Assembly: GCF_963921235.1 (NCBI RefSeq)
Contig: NC_086097.1
Coordinates: 40,116,001 to 40,180,000 of the forward strand
Direction of reading: 5' to 3'
Origin: Mobula hypostoma
Taxonomy: Eukaryota
Length of the DNA stretch: 64,000 bases
The notes beneath the pieces are model-generated. The model was not told where the DNA came from and did no database searches. It was given only the letters and a program-made list of their open reading frames with translations. The position numbers were made by a program, and so were the translations under genes. Every line of letters starts with the position of its first letter. Within the stretch, counting starts at the first letter, position 1. Shown here one piece after another: positions 49,290-62,049 of the stretch.

Positions 49290-51798
49290 AACCATATATA
49301 ACCACATAACAACTACAGCATGGAAACAGGCCATCTCGGTCCTCCTAGTCCATGCCGAACTCTTACTCTCACCTAGTCCACTGACCTGCACTCAGCCCAT
49401 AACCCTCCATTCCTTTCCTGTCGATATAGCTATCCAATTTAACTTTAAATGACAACATCGAACCTGCCTCAACCACTTCTGCCGGAAGCTTGTTCCACAC
49501 AGCTACCACTCTCTGAGTAAAGAAGTTCCCCCTCATGTTACCCCTAAACTTTTGCCCTTTAACTCTCAACTCATGTCCTCTTGTTTGAATCTCCCCCACT
49601 CTCAATAGAAAAAGCCTATCCACGTCAACTCTATCTATCCCCCTCATAATTTTAAATACCTCTCTCGTCCCCACTCAACCTTCTATGCTCCAAAGAATGA
49701 AGACCTAACTTGTTCAACCTTTCTGTGTAACTTAGGAGATGAAACCCAGGTAACATTCTAGTAAATCTTCTCTGTACTCTCTCAATTTTTGTTGACATCT
49801 TTCCTATAATTCGGTGACCAGAACTGTACACAATACTCCAAATTTGGCCTTAGCAATGCCTTGTACAATTTCAAAACATTACATCCCAACTTCTATACTC
49901 AATTATCTGATTTATAAAGGCCAGCATATCAAAAGCTTTCTTCACCACCCTATCCACATGAGATTCCACCTTCAGGGAACTATGCATCATTATTCCTAGA
50001 TCCCTCTGTCCTACTGCATTCTTCAATGCCCTACCATTTACCATGTATGTCCTATTTTGATTAGTCCTACCAAAATGTAGCGCCTCACATTTATCAGCAT
50101 TAAACTCCATCTGCCATCTTTCAGCCCACTCTTCTAACTGGCCTAAATCTCTCTGCAAGCTTTGAAAACCTATTTCATTATCCACAACGCCACCTATCTT
50201 AGTATCATCTGCATACTTACTAATCCAATTTACCACCCCATCATCCAGATCATTAATATATATATAAAACACACAACATTGGACCCAGTACAGATCCCTG
50301 AGGCACACCACTAGTCACCGGGCTCCAATCTGACAAATAGTTATCTACCACTACTCTCTGGCGTCTCCCATCCAGCCACTGCTGAATCCATTTTACTACT
50401 TCAATATTAATACCTAACGATTGAACCTTCCTAACTAACTTTCTGTGTGGAACCTTGTCAAAGGCCTTACTGAAGTCCAGATAGGCAGCATCCACCACTT
50501 TACCCTCGTCAACTTTCCTAGTAACATCTTCAAAAATTCAATAAGATTTGTCAAACATGACTTTCCACGCACAAATCCTTGTTGACTGTTCCTAATGAGA
50601 CCTTGTCTATCCAGATAATTATATTTACCATCTCTAAGAATAATTCCCATCAATTTACCCACCACTGATGTCAAACTCACAGTCCGATAATTGCTAGGTT
50701 TACTCTTAGAACTCTTTTTAAACAATGGAACACAATGAGCAATATGCCAATCCTCCGGCACCATCCCCGTTTCTAATGACATTTGAAATATTTCTGTCAG
50801 AGCCCCTGCTATTTCCACACTAACTTCCCTCAAGGTTCTAGGGAATATCCAGTCAGGACCCGGAGACTTATCCACTTTTATATTCTTTAAAAGCGCCAGT
50901 ACTTCCTCTTCTTTAATCATCATAGTTTCCATAAATACCCTACCTGTTTCCCTTACCTTACACAATTCAATATCCTTCTCCTTTTTGAATACCAAAGAAA
51001 AGAAATTGTTCAAAATCTCCCTGATCTCTTCTGGCTCCGCACAGAGCCGTCCACTCTGATTCTCTAAGGGGCCAATTTTATCCCTCACTATCCTTTTGCT
51101 ATTAATATAACTGTAGAAACCCTTTGGATTTATTTTCACCTTACTTGCCAAAGCAACCTCATATCTTCTTTTAGCTTTTCTAATTTCTTTCTTAAGATTC
51201 TTTTTACATTCTTTATATTCCTCGAGCACCTCATTTACTCGAAGCTCCCTATATTTATTGTAGATCTCTCTCTTTTTCCGAACCAACTTTCCAATATCCC
51301 TTGAAAACCATGGCTCTCTCAAACATTTAATCTTTCCTTTCAACCTATCAGGAACATAAAGATTCTGTACCCTCAAAATTTCACCCTTAAATGACCTCCA
51401 TTTCTCTATTACATCCTTCCCATAAAACAAATTGTCCCAATCCACTCCTTCTAAATCCTTTCGCATCTCCTCAAAGTTAGCCTTTCTCTGTTCAAAAATC
51501 TCAACCCTGGGTCCAGTCCTATCTTTCTCCATAATTGTATTGAAACTAATGGCATTGTGATCACTGGACCCAAAGTGCTCCCCAACACATACCTCTGTCA
51601 CCTGATCTATCTCATCCGTAACAGGAGATCCAACACTGCCCCTTCTCTAGTTGGTACCTCTATGTATTGCTGCAAAAAACTACCTCGCACACATTTTACA
51701 AACTCTAAACCATCCAGCCCTTTTACAGAATGGGTTTCCCAGTCTATGTGTGGAAAATTAAAATCTCCCACAATGACAACCTTGTGCTTACTACAAAT
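49290..51798 (-). mobile_element. 5'-truncated CR1 (endonuclease end and RT), frameshifted
   Basis: TSD ACTTT (49285-49289 and 51799-51803); VIVGDFNFP, SDHNAI, KSPGPD, LDFSKAFDKV, KYADDTK. Confidence 0.92.
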
Positions 51799-52147
51799 AC
51801 TTTGCTGGTATTTAATTGAATTCATTCTTCCCTCTGCCAGTAAATGTTCCCCATGCCACTGGCTGCAACACAAGCCTAAAGCATGATCGATTCATCCCCG
51901 TGTTTAACAGTTGGAGAGGTGTAATTTTCATGAAATCCTGCACCCTTTTTTCTCCAAACATACCTTTGCTTATTGTGGCCGAAAAGTTCTATTTTAACTT
52001 CATCATTCCACAGGACTTGTTTCCAAAATGCATCAGGCTTGTTTAGATGTTCCTTTGCAAACTTCTGACGTGGAATTTTGGCCGTAATGAGCAAAGGTAT
52101 GTTTGGAGAAAAAAGGGTGCAGAATTTCATGAAAAGTGCCCCTCTCC

Positions 52148-52378
52148 CGAAACTGGTGGTGCATGTCTTGAGGCTCTTGTACCTTTTTCCTGATGGCAGC
52201 AGCAAGAAGAGATCATGGCCTGGATGGTGGGGGCCCTTGATGATGGATGCTGCTTTCCTGCAACAGTGCTCCACATCGATGTGCTCAAGTTTGGGGAGGG
52301 CTTTACCCGTGATGGACTGGGCTATATCCATTATTTCTTTTGGCTTTTCTGTACAAGGGCACTGGCATTTCCATACAA
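52148..52378 (-). mobile_element. Rex1-like LINE fragment (probable tail at 48040-48083)
   Basis: AQSITG...KAASIIKGPHHPGHDLFLLLPSGKRY. Confidence 0.7.
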
Positions 52379-52424
52379 GAAGCTCACTGGACTAAGTAAC
52401 CTTGTTCTGCAATGGTTCCATTAC

Positions 52425-52695
52425 TATTTTATTCTTTATTTAGTGACGCAGTGCTGAGTAGGCCATGCTATCCCAGCAATTCCTGACAAATCCGATTAAC
52501 CCTAACCTAATTACAGGACAATTTACAATCAACAATTAACCTACCTGTATGTCTTTGGACTGTGGGAGGAAACCAGAGCATTCGGGGGAAACCCACACAT
52601 TCCACAGGGAGGATATACAGACTCTTACAGATGGTGTCGGAATTGAACTCTGGAACACCCTGGGCTGAAGTAGCATCGCACTTACTGCTACATTT
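52425..52695 (-). mobile_element. HE1/V-SINE-like SINE
   Basis: CTTTGGACTGTGGGAGGAAACCAGAGC core; B-box GAGTTCAATTCC on the minus strand. Confidence 0.8.
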
Positions 52696-52732
52696 CTGTG
52701 GCATCATGATTTTCATGCTTTCATTAAAGAAT

Positions 52733-54085
52733 AGTTCAAAGTTCAAACTTCAAAGTAAATTTTCTTATCAATGTACATATACGTCACCATATACAACCCT
52801 GAAAATCGTTTTCCTGTGGACGTACTCAGCAAAACAATAGAATTGTAACTATAAGAGGATCGATGAAAGATCAAACAGAGTGCAGAAGACAACAAGCTGT
52901 GCAAATCCAAATATAAATAAACAGCAATAAATAACGAGAGCGTGAGATAAGGAGTCCTTAAAATGAGATCAATGGCTGCAGGAGCATTTCACTGATGGGG
53001 CAAGTGAGTGCAGTTATTCCCTTTTGTTCAAGAGCCTGATGGTTGATGGGTAGTAACTGTTCTTGAACCTGGTGGTGTACTTCCTGAGTCTCTTGTACTT
53101 CCTACCTGATAGCATGATCTGGGCGGTGGGGATCTCTGTTGATAGTTGCTGCTTTCCTTTGCCAGTATTTCATGTAGATGTGCTCGATGGACGGGAGGCT
53201 TTACCCATGATGTACTGGGCCGAATCCACTACCTTTTGTTTGATCTTCCATTCAAAAGCTTTGGTGTTTCCATACCAGGCCGTGATGCATCCACCACACA
53301 CCTATAGAAGTTTGTCAAAGTTTTAGATGTCATACTGAATCTCCACAGACTCCTAAGGAATAAAGGTGTTGTGCACTTTCACGGTTGCTCTTACGAGCTG
53401 GGTCCTCTGAAATAGTAACACCCTAGAATTTAAAGTTGCTAACCCTCGCCATCTCTGATCCTCCGATAAGGAATGGCCCGTAGACCTCTGGTTTCCTTCT
53501 CCTGAAGTCTATAATCTGTTCCTTGGTCTTACTGACACTAAGTGAGAGCTTGATGCTATGATACCATGCCACCAGATTTTCAATCTCCTTCCTGTATGCT
53601 GATTCGTAACTGCCTTTGATTCGGCCTATGGCAGTGGCATTGTCAGCAAACTTGAGTATGGTATTGGAGCTGTGTTTAGTCACAAAGTCCTAAGTGGAAA
53701 GCAAATCGAGCGAGGGGCTAAGTGCACAGCCTTATGGTACACCTGTGCTGATGGAGATCACGGGGGAGATGTTGTTGCCAATTTGAACTGACTGGAGTCT
53801 ACAAGGAAGGAAATTGAAGATCCAATTGCGCAAGGAGGTACTGAAGCAAAGATCTCAGAGATTATTGATTAGGTTTGAGGGGATTGGTAGTGAATACTGA
53901 GCTGTAGTCAATAAAGAGCATCCTGATGAATGCACCTTTGCTGTCCAGATGTTCTAGGATTGAGTGAAGAGCCAATGAGGTGGCACCTGATGTGGACCTG
54001 TTCCCCTGGTAGGCAAATTGGAGCAGGAGCTGATACTGTATGTCTCAACACCAACCTCTCTAAACACTCTGTTACTGTAGATGTA
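52733..54085 (-). mobile_element. Rex1-like LINE RT and 3' end, decayed
   Basis: ILKFADNATAIG...SKTKEQIIDFRR...NFKF; (AAGTTCA)n tail on plus. Confidence 0.8.
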
Positions 54086-54185
54086 AGTACTGTGTTAAGA
54101 GAGGCTTTTAGAAGATGTGTTTTAAAATACTTTGCCATTATTGTTCCAATAAAACTGCTATAGAGACAATATTGCAAATACAATA

Positions 54186-54456
54186 GGACCGAGATAAGGA
54201 AAAACTTCTTCACACAGAGAGTGGTGAATCTGTGGAACTCTCTGCCACAGGAAACAGTTGAGGCCAGTTCATTGGCTATATTTAAGAGTGAGTTAGATAT
54301 GGCCCTTGTGGCTATGGGGGTCAGGGGGTATGGAGGGAAGGCTGGTGCAGGGTTCTGAGTTGGATGATCACCCATGATCATAATAAATGGTGGTGCAGGC
54401 TCGAAGGGCCGATTGGCCTACTCCTGCACCTATTTTCTATGTTTCTATGTTTCTAT
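54186..54456 (+). mobile_element. CR1 3' end
   Basis: Near-identical to 26969-27237. Confidence 0.9.
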
Positions 54457-55949
54457 ATCTGTTTGGAAAACTCAAGCCATAGTGATATTGTGAAAACACT
54501 AGAATTCAAATATTCTGAGTATTAGGACAAATGTAACCATCTATCCTGCACACACCAGTGAGTTCTGACTTTATGCATTTGCTCAGTGTACTGAACCAAT
54601 TTTAAATAATGTTTATTTTTACCTTCTTCACTCTATAGCGTGATTGTGTCATCTTTAAACAAAATCTGAGCCTCATGTAACATAATGCCGTGGTAGAGAG
54701 TTATTTCAGTGAATTCTTTTGCTGCAGCAGTACCTGAGAAATTATTTCTTTCTTCCATACCAGAAGGAGATTCGTCACTCCTCCCTCGGCGTGACTCCTC
54801 ACCATTTGCCATATGCAAGGGATTTCTAACTATTGCTAGTGTAAAACCTGACTTTACAGACTCATAACAATCTCACAAGGATTTCGTCCGGTGGCTTCCT
54901 TGGTAAAATAAAATAACCTGCCATTTCTATGTAGCTCGATAGCACAGTTACCTCTGTATTTGAAATAACACCGATGATTAGGGCAATGAGACAACCAAAG
55001 GCTGTTACTTAAGTATTCAGCAATACGGTTTGTTTGTGCATGGAATTTTAATCTCATATCTTCAACATAAATAGTTTTCACTGACCACTGCCAAGGTTAA
55101 TTTATTAGGAAGCTAGCAGGAGTTACAGAGAAAATATCATCACTTACAGACTGGGTAAAAATATTCCCATTAGTCGCACTTGTGCAGTTATAAGCATAAT
55201 TTTCTCTCACCATATGACAGCATTAGAACCTGTTATCTATATTAACACATAGTTTCAAATGTTCTTATGAATTTAACAGCAACACAAAGAACAGGAAGAA
55301 TAAGACAGAAATAACTGATTCTATGAAATGCAAGCTCTTCCTGCTGCTTTAGGGCCATTTCTTTAAACTGATTGGGAACCTTTCAGCAAGCCATTCAGAA
55401 TTAATAAAAATACTTCCTCATTTTCCCCTCTCAAATTACTTCTCAGCTGGTTTCATGTATTTTAAGCTGGGCAATGCATGCAAAAATCATTATTCAATTT
55501 GTTCTCATTTATCTAGGTCTCCTGTACTTCACAAATGTTTCTTGAAAATCATCCGATAGAAGCAAGTGTGGCAGTGAAGAAACCCATAGCGACATTGACA
55601 GAGTCTGAGGAATATCATGTGCATTTAACTGCTGTTTCCCGGGTGAAAGTCCTGATCTTCTGTGCTTTTCTTGGTATTTCTTAAAGTAAGTTTCCATGGT
55701 CTTTAAATTATACAGTTAACTGGGGTAAATATTCCTCATCTAAGAGTGAGTAATTAATGATATTAGTCATAGCACACCCATTATCCAGTGGTAACTTTAT
55801 CAATGTCCTCAAGGCAGTTTGGTTGGAGTCTGAGCTCATGGGTAAGGTAATGAATTTTGTGACTAATATATTTGGGGCTAAGATCTGCAGGCCTTGGGAT
55901 AGATGGGTATGTCCTGTGTTAATGAGCACGTATGATCGACATTCTAGAG

Positions 55950-56029
55950 TAGGGGTTCTCAAACTGGGGTCCACAGGCCCCTCAGTTAATGGTAGGGTTC
56001 CATGGCATAAAAAAGGTTGGGAACCCCTT
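55950..56029. mobile_element. 80-bp hAT MITE (family of 33116-33197)
   Basis: TIR AGGGGTTC / GAACCCCT; flanks TTCTAGAG and TGCTAGAG (7 of 8 match). Confidence 0.8.
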
Positions 56030-56107
56030 TGCTAGAGGAAGATTCTGCCATCAGAAAAGTAAAAAGGTGCAATTTTCCACCATTGCTTTATCTTCCCTTT
56101 CACCCCA

Positions 56108-56305
56108 TTTTGTTGTTCAGTCGTGTCTGACTCTTCGTGACCTCATAGTCCATAGGGATTTCAAGGTAAGATATGGAAGTAGATCGCCAGGCCTCTCTTC
56201 CGCGCAGATACTGCTGCTGCCCAGGTTGGGACCTAGCTGGGTTTGAACTCAGGACCATCTGCCTTGAAGTCCAGTGCTGATGCCACTACACCACCAGCCA
56301 GCCCC
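56108..56305 (-). mobile_element. tRNA-headed SINE with an RTE/BovB-like tail
   Basis: A-box TGGTGTAGTGG and B-box GAGTTCAAACC; tail GGTCACGAAGAGTCAGACACGACTGAACAACAA. Confidence 0.7.
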
Positions 56306-57196
56306 ATCAAGAATCCAAAAACACAGTGCTCTGATCAGTACAACCCAGACTATCCACTGGAGCAAAACATTAGAGTCTGAGAGTGCTGGTGTGAAAAAGA
56401 GGCTGGTGGACAATGCTGGACAAGGATTTCATGTAATCTATTGCCATTTTATCCAAATCTTACTCCAGCTGCGAAAGATTTCAATGATTATTGATCATTA
56501 AGGTTAAACAGCTTTAATTCAATCAGAGCTGCAAGCAGAACAATATCTGTGCTAACTCTCAACAAACATAGTGTGCCTAGGAAACCACAGCTTTGCTTTC
56601 AGACCCCATAATATCTCATGGCATCAGGTCTAAAGGTGGCATGGAAGCTCCCGTTGAAAACAGCCTCCTGCTCTGTTTAGATGATGAATTAATACTCTTC
56701 CCTGCTGAATGCATAACTTGGCAAAATATTCTGATGAATGGCAGAGTATTCTTCAATGCCTATCACCAAGACTGATTATACTGCACTGCTAATGGCAATG
56801 ACAATCTATGTCTTAAGAACATAACTAACAGGCTGGGTCTGCAGCAAATGTGAGGTGATGAAACTGTGTGAAAAATATACTTGACTTTAACTTGAAACTG
56901 TCAATTTTATCCCTTCAATTACAGCACTATCATTTGCGTAGTCCTTGTGGAGACAAGGCTCATCTTCCCTACAGATAACACCTTCTATTTTTTTGTGTCA
57001 ATTTGACAAATGAGATGGATTATAAAAAAAAATTAACATCTTCCAGGTTTATCTTCCATATGGTGTATGTCTCCACAACAGTAGATTGTACTGTAATTAC
57101 AACTTATAACCTCATGACCTCAGGAAATAAGCAATAAAACAGGACCAGCTGGAAATATTCAGCAGATCAGACAGCGTCTGTGGAGAGAGAAGCATA

Positions 57197-57917
57197 ACAG
57201 AGGGATCTAGGAATAATGGTGCATAGTTCCCTGAAGATGGAATCTCATGTGGATAGGGTGGTGAAGAAAGCTTTTGGTTTGCTGGCCTTTATTAATCAGA
57301 GCATTGAGTATATGAGTTGTGATGTAATGTTGAATTTGTATAAGGCATTGGTAAGGCCAAATCTGGAGTATTGTGTACAGTTCTGGTTACCGAATTATAG
57401 GAAGTATGTCAGTAAAATTGAGAGAGTGCAGAGGAGGTTTACTAAAATGTTCCTGGTTTTCATCTCCTAAGTTACAGAGAAAGGTTGAACAAGTTAGGTC
57501 TTTATTCTTTGGAGCGTAGAAGGTTGAGGGGAGACTTGATAGAGGTGTTTAAAATTATGAGGGGGATTGATAGAGTTGACGTGGTTAGACTTTTTCCATT
57601 GAGAGTGGGGAAGATTCAAACAAGAGGGCATGGGTTGAGAATTAGAGGACAAAAGTTTAGGGGTAACATGAGGGGGAACTTCTTTACTCAGAGAGTGGTA
57701 GCTGTGTGGAATGAGCTTCCAGCAGAAGTGGTTAAGGCAGGTTCTATGTTGTCATTTAAAGTTAAATTGGATAGATATATGGACAGGAAAGGAATGGAGG
57801 GTTATGGGCTGAGTGCAGGTCGGTGGGAATAGGACAGGGTAAGAGTTCGGCATGGACTAGAAGGGCCGAGATGGCCTGTTTCCGTGCTGTAATTGTTACA
57901 TGGTTATATGGTTATAT
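57197..57917 (+). mobile_element. CR1 3' fragment (subfamily of 49290-51798)
   Basis: [33 protein letters not shown]-type tail. Confidence 0.9.
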
Positions 57918-58829
57918 AACAATCCTAATACAAAACAGATCAAATCAAACCTCTGTGATCTCGCCACATCTGGTTGTAAATGGTGGTGGAAAATTTAAAC
58001 AACCTATATAAGAAGTAGGCAGTCTGAATGATGGTAGAGCCCAGCAGATTCATTCACACTATGGAGTGCCAAGGAATGAGCTGCCCTGGGCTCCTTCTAA
58101 TAGTCTTTAGCCATTTCAGTTCAGTCTGCATGATATCAGAAGCCATTGAGTAGAGTAGACAGAGGACAAGTCACTGGGCCTTAAAACTTCCAAGAAGTCT
58201 CGCTGAAATCCTGTTTCATAGCTCTCACTGTGCCTTGAGCCATCTCTAACTCTGCAGCTTCAAATCTGCCAAAAGAACTAAAGAAATTCCAAAGTATGCC
58301 TTGCTCCTAATATCAGGAAAATAAATTTAATGTGGGAAGTAAAAACGACCCATAAACTTTCAATCATGAGGAAAGTTACGGAATGCGTCACTCTCAGTAC
58401 TAGCTCACCATCCACACGGTAACTGGAGTTTGCCCCTTCGACATGGTGGGACAATCTCCAATGCATAGGTAATGTTACCATCTACAAGTCTTCCTCCAGA
58501 TTTTGCGACAGTCTGACAAAATTCTGGCGGTGCCCAGCTATCAGCGTTGTGGGATGATGTTCATCATATGAAGCCATTCATCAGGGTAGCTCGTGGAAAA
58601 CCTTCTCAATGATCATCAGGGGTGACATGAAATGTAGTAGTACCTGTTCCTAAGTGAATGCACCTAAAAATCAAGGTTCAGCAGGGACCAACAGAAGAAT
58701 TTATGGAAAATGCTCGGGAGATTGTGATTTATATTCATTGTTTAAAACGTTGGCATTTCTGGGACGTGTGCCCATCCCCACCGGAGCTTCTGAAGGTGGT
58801 AGTGAGGCATCCTCTTGAACTGATTCACT

Positions 58830-59527
58830 CCAAAGCAACACACACAAAATGCTGGAGGAACTCAGAGGGCCAGAGAGCACCTATGGAAAAGAATAAACAG
58901 TCACGTTTCAGGTTGAGGCCCCTCATCAGGGCTGTAAAGTAAGGGGGAAGAAGCCAGATGAGAAGGTAGGGCAAAGGGAGGAAGCAATACAAGGTGGCAG
59001 GTGATTGTTGGATCCAGGAGAGGGGAAGGGGAAGAAGTGAAGAGCTGGGAAGTTGATTGGTAGAAGAGGTGAGGGCTGGAGAAGGAGAAAATGATAGGAG
59101 AGGACAGAAGGCCATGGAAGAAAGGAAAGGGGGAGGAGCACCAGAGGGAGGTGATGGTCAGGTAAGAAGGGAAAGTGTGAGAGGGAAACACAAATGGGGA
59201 ACAGTGAAGGTGGGGTGTGGTTTGATAATTACCGGATGTTCGAGAAATCGATGTACGTGCCATCAGGTTGGAGGCTACCTAGATGGAATATGAGGTGTTC
59301 TTCCTCCAACCAGAGTGTAGGCCTTATCGTGGCAGTAGAGGAGACCACGGACTGACATGTCAGATTGAGAATGAGAAGTAGAATTGAAATGGGTGGCCAC
59401 TAGGAAATCCCACTTTTTGAGGTAGATGGAGCGAAGGTGCTCAACAAAGTAGTCTCCCAGTCTACATCAGGTCTGACCGATAGACAGCAGGCCACACCAG
59501 GAACACTAGGTATGGTAGATGACCCCA
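58830..59527 (-). mobile_element. Penelope-like element 3' fragment
   Basis: Homologous to 11729-12342 with a GIY-YIG remnant; decayed CTGATGA...GAAAC motif at ~58898-58933. Confidence 0.8.
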
Positions 59528-59559
59528 TTGAGAAACTGCCGTCCTTCATTTAGGTGGGT

Positions 59560-60597
59560 AATGCTAATTACCACAGTCCACATTGGCAGCAACATCTCCA
59601 ACTCCATCACGCTTAACGTCGGTGCCCCCCAGGGCTGTGTGCTCCGTCCGCTGCTGTTCACACTGCTGACGTGTGACTGAACTGTTAGATCCAGTTCAAA
59701 CCAAATTAATAAGTTTGCTGATGACACAACAGTGGTCGAGCTCATCAATTATGACGACAAGAGCATACAGAGAGGAGGTAGACTGGTTGGTAGGATGGTG
59801 CAGCACAACAACTTGAGTCGCAATGTGGACAAAACTAAAGAGATGATTGTGAACCTTAGGAAGGTGCTGGCTGACCACTCCTCACTGCACATAAATTGCT
59901 CGGAGCACCAAGTTTCTGGGAGTGCACACAACGGGCAATCTTACCTGGTCCTTCAACACTACTTCTTTAGTTAAGAAAGCATCACAGTTTTTCCTCTTCC
60001 TGAGGAGATTGGGGCAAGTGAGGCCCCTTTCCCTCCTCCCCCTCCCACCCATTTTAACCAATTATTATAGGAGCACCATTGGGAGTGTACTAACCAACCG
60101 CATCACCTTCTGGTACAGGAATTGCAAGGCCTCTGAAAGACCATACAAAGCATTGTGAGGAATTCTGGGAGGATCGTTGGGGACTTCTATCTGTCTGAGA
60201 TACATACCAGGAGTACTGCATACTCAGGGCCCTTAGCATGGTCAATGATCCCTCCCATCCACCCAACAATCTCTTTGACCCCCTACCATCAGACAGGAGG
60301 CACCGTACCGGGAGGACAAGAACTGTTAGGATGGGAAACAGCTTCTTCCCCCCAGGCCGTGAGAATACTGAGCTCTCTGTCACCACCCAGTTTTCATGTA
60401 TGAAGCATCAGTAGTGTTATACTGTTTATTTTTTGGCTTGTGACAGAAATACATTTTATTATTTATTAATTTATTTGCATGCTGTATGTGAGTTAGGTAT
60501 ACTGTGTTGTGCACCTTGGTTCAGCGGAACATTGCTTCATTGCTTGGCAGTGTACATGCACAATAAAATTAAAATGAAAATAAACTTGAATGTGAAT
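59560..60597 (+). mobile_element. Rex1-like LINE RT and 3' end, decayed
   Basis: GAPQGCVLRPLLFTLLT, NKFADDTTVV, NVDKTKEMIV. Confidence 0.8.
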
Positions 60598-60977
60598 TAC
60601 TGCATCAGAAATGAAATTATAACAAGTGGAGTTGGGTTCTGCTTCAAATCCTACTGCCTCTGTGATATGTGCACCCAAAGCCGGCGCACCAACGTGAGTT
60701 GGAGAGCTATGAGAGAAGAGGTCTGGGAGCGAAGTTTAAAAGGGGAAAGCTTCCGGGGAACTCGGCTATAACCGGCACACCAATCATGTGTTGGAGAACA
60801 GGGAGGGTTCAGGCATAAAAGGAAGACATTGCCTAATGGAGTAGTCATCAAGGGAGCGGTGATCGACGGAGTGATCTGAGGCAGAGTGGTAGGGCTTTGG
60901 CTCATTTGGGCTTCGGTGAGGTAAGTGGGTAAATGGACTTTGTTTTTTCCTTGCATTTTTTTTGAGGAATAGACAGC

Positions 60978-61990
60978 ATGTCTGTAGGGTTAGTACTTTC
61001 CTCCTGGTGTCAGATGTGGGAATCCTGGGAATCTTCAGTCTCCCAGATGGCCATATCTGCGCCAGGTGCACTGAGATGCAGCTCCTGAGAGACCGTGTTA
61101 GGGGTCTGGAGCTGCGGCTTGATGACCTACAGTTTATTGGGCAAAGTGAGCAGGAGATGAATAGGAGCTACAAGGAATTAGTCACCCAAAGGCCGCAGGA
61201 GTTAGATTAGTGGGTGATGGACAGGGAAGTGAAGGGAAGAGCTCAGATAGCAGAGAGCACCCTGTGGTCATCCCCCTCAGTAATCATTATCTCATATTGG
61301 ATGCTGTTGAGGGGGTGACCTAACAGAGGACGACCATGGTGATCGGGTCTCTGGCACTGAACCTGGTTCCGTGATGCAGAAGGGAGAGAAGAAGTTGAGG
61401 AATGCAGTAGTCATAGGGGATTCCATAGTGAGGAACAGACAAGAGGTTCTGTCAGCCTGATAGAGATACCCGCATGGTGTGTTGCCTCCCAGGTGCAAGG
61501 GTATGGGATGTCTCAGATCGGGTGCAGAGTATTCAGAAGGGAGAAGGTGAACATCCAGAAGTCTTGGTACACGTCAGTACCAATGACATAGGTAGAAAAA
61601 AGGAGGAGGTCCTGAAGTGAGAATTCAGGGAATTGGGTAGGAAGCTGAAAAACAGGACCCTCCAGGGTAGTAATCTCAAGATTGCTGCCTGTGCCATGTG
61701 CTAACGAGCACAAGAATAACCTGATCAGGCATATTAATGCGTGGCTGAGAGACTGGTGTAGGGGGCAGGGCTTCGGGTTCCTGGATCATTGGGGCCTCTT
61801 CTGGGGGAGGTATGACTTGTAAAAAATGGACGGGTTACACCTGAACCCAAAAGGGTCCATTATCCGAGCAGGGAGGTTTAATAGGACTGTTAGGGGGCTT
61901 TAAACTAATTTGGCAGGGGGATGGGAACCAGAGTGAGAGGGGGAAACAGAAATAAATCAAAGATAGTGTGCAACAGAGATGATAGAAAGG
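60978..61990 (+). pseudogene. CR1 ORF1 (zinc finger/leucine zipper and SGNH esterase-like domain)
   Basis: CQMWE...HICARC..MQLLRDRVRGLE; VVIGDSIVR; CLPGAR; HVSTND; DGLHLN. Confidence 0.85.
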
Positions 61991-62049
61991 ACAGGCAAAA
62001 GATGAGGTATAATCACAACTAGTGGGATGATTTACAACAGAAAGCAACA

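Larger units (their letters stand above)
48084..52147 (-). mobile_element. Tc1 derivative (same family as 14456-15456) with two nested LINEs; right end lost
   Basis: TA|CAGTTGCATGCAAAAGTTTGGGCAC; transposase on minus at 48925-49289 and 51799-52075, then a flip to plus at 52076-52147. Confidence 0.85.

Noticed and set aside
55500..55700. Plus-strand exon candidate (tag|...AAA|gtaagt)
   Set aside because: The long frame hits a stop just before the donor and no partner exons were found
56230..56305. tRNA gene
   Set aside because: A and B boxes only, no full cloverleaf seen, and it continues into a LINE-like tail, so it is a SINE head; the same applies to the HE1-like copies
60978..61990. Host SGNH/GDSL esterase gene
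   Set aside because: Standard CR1 ORF1 domain, disrupted and followed by ORF2
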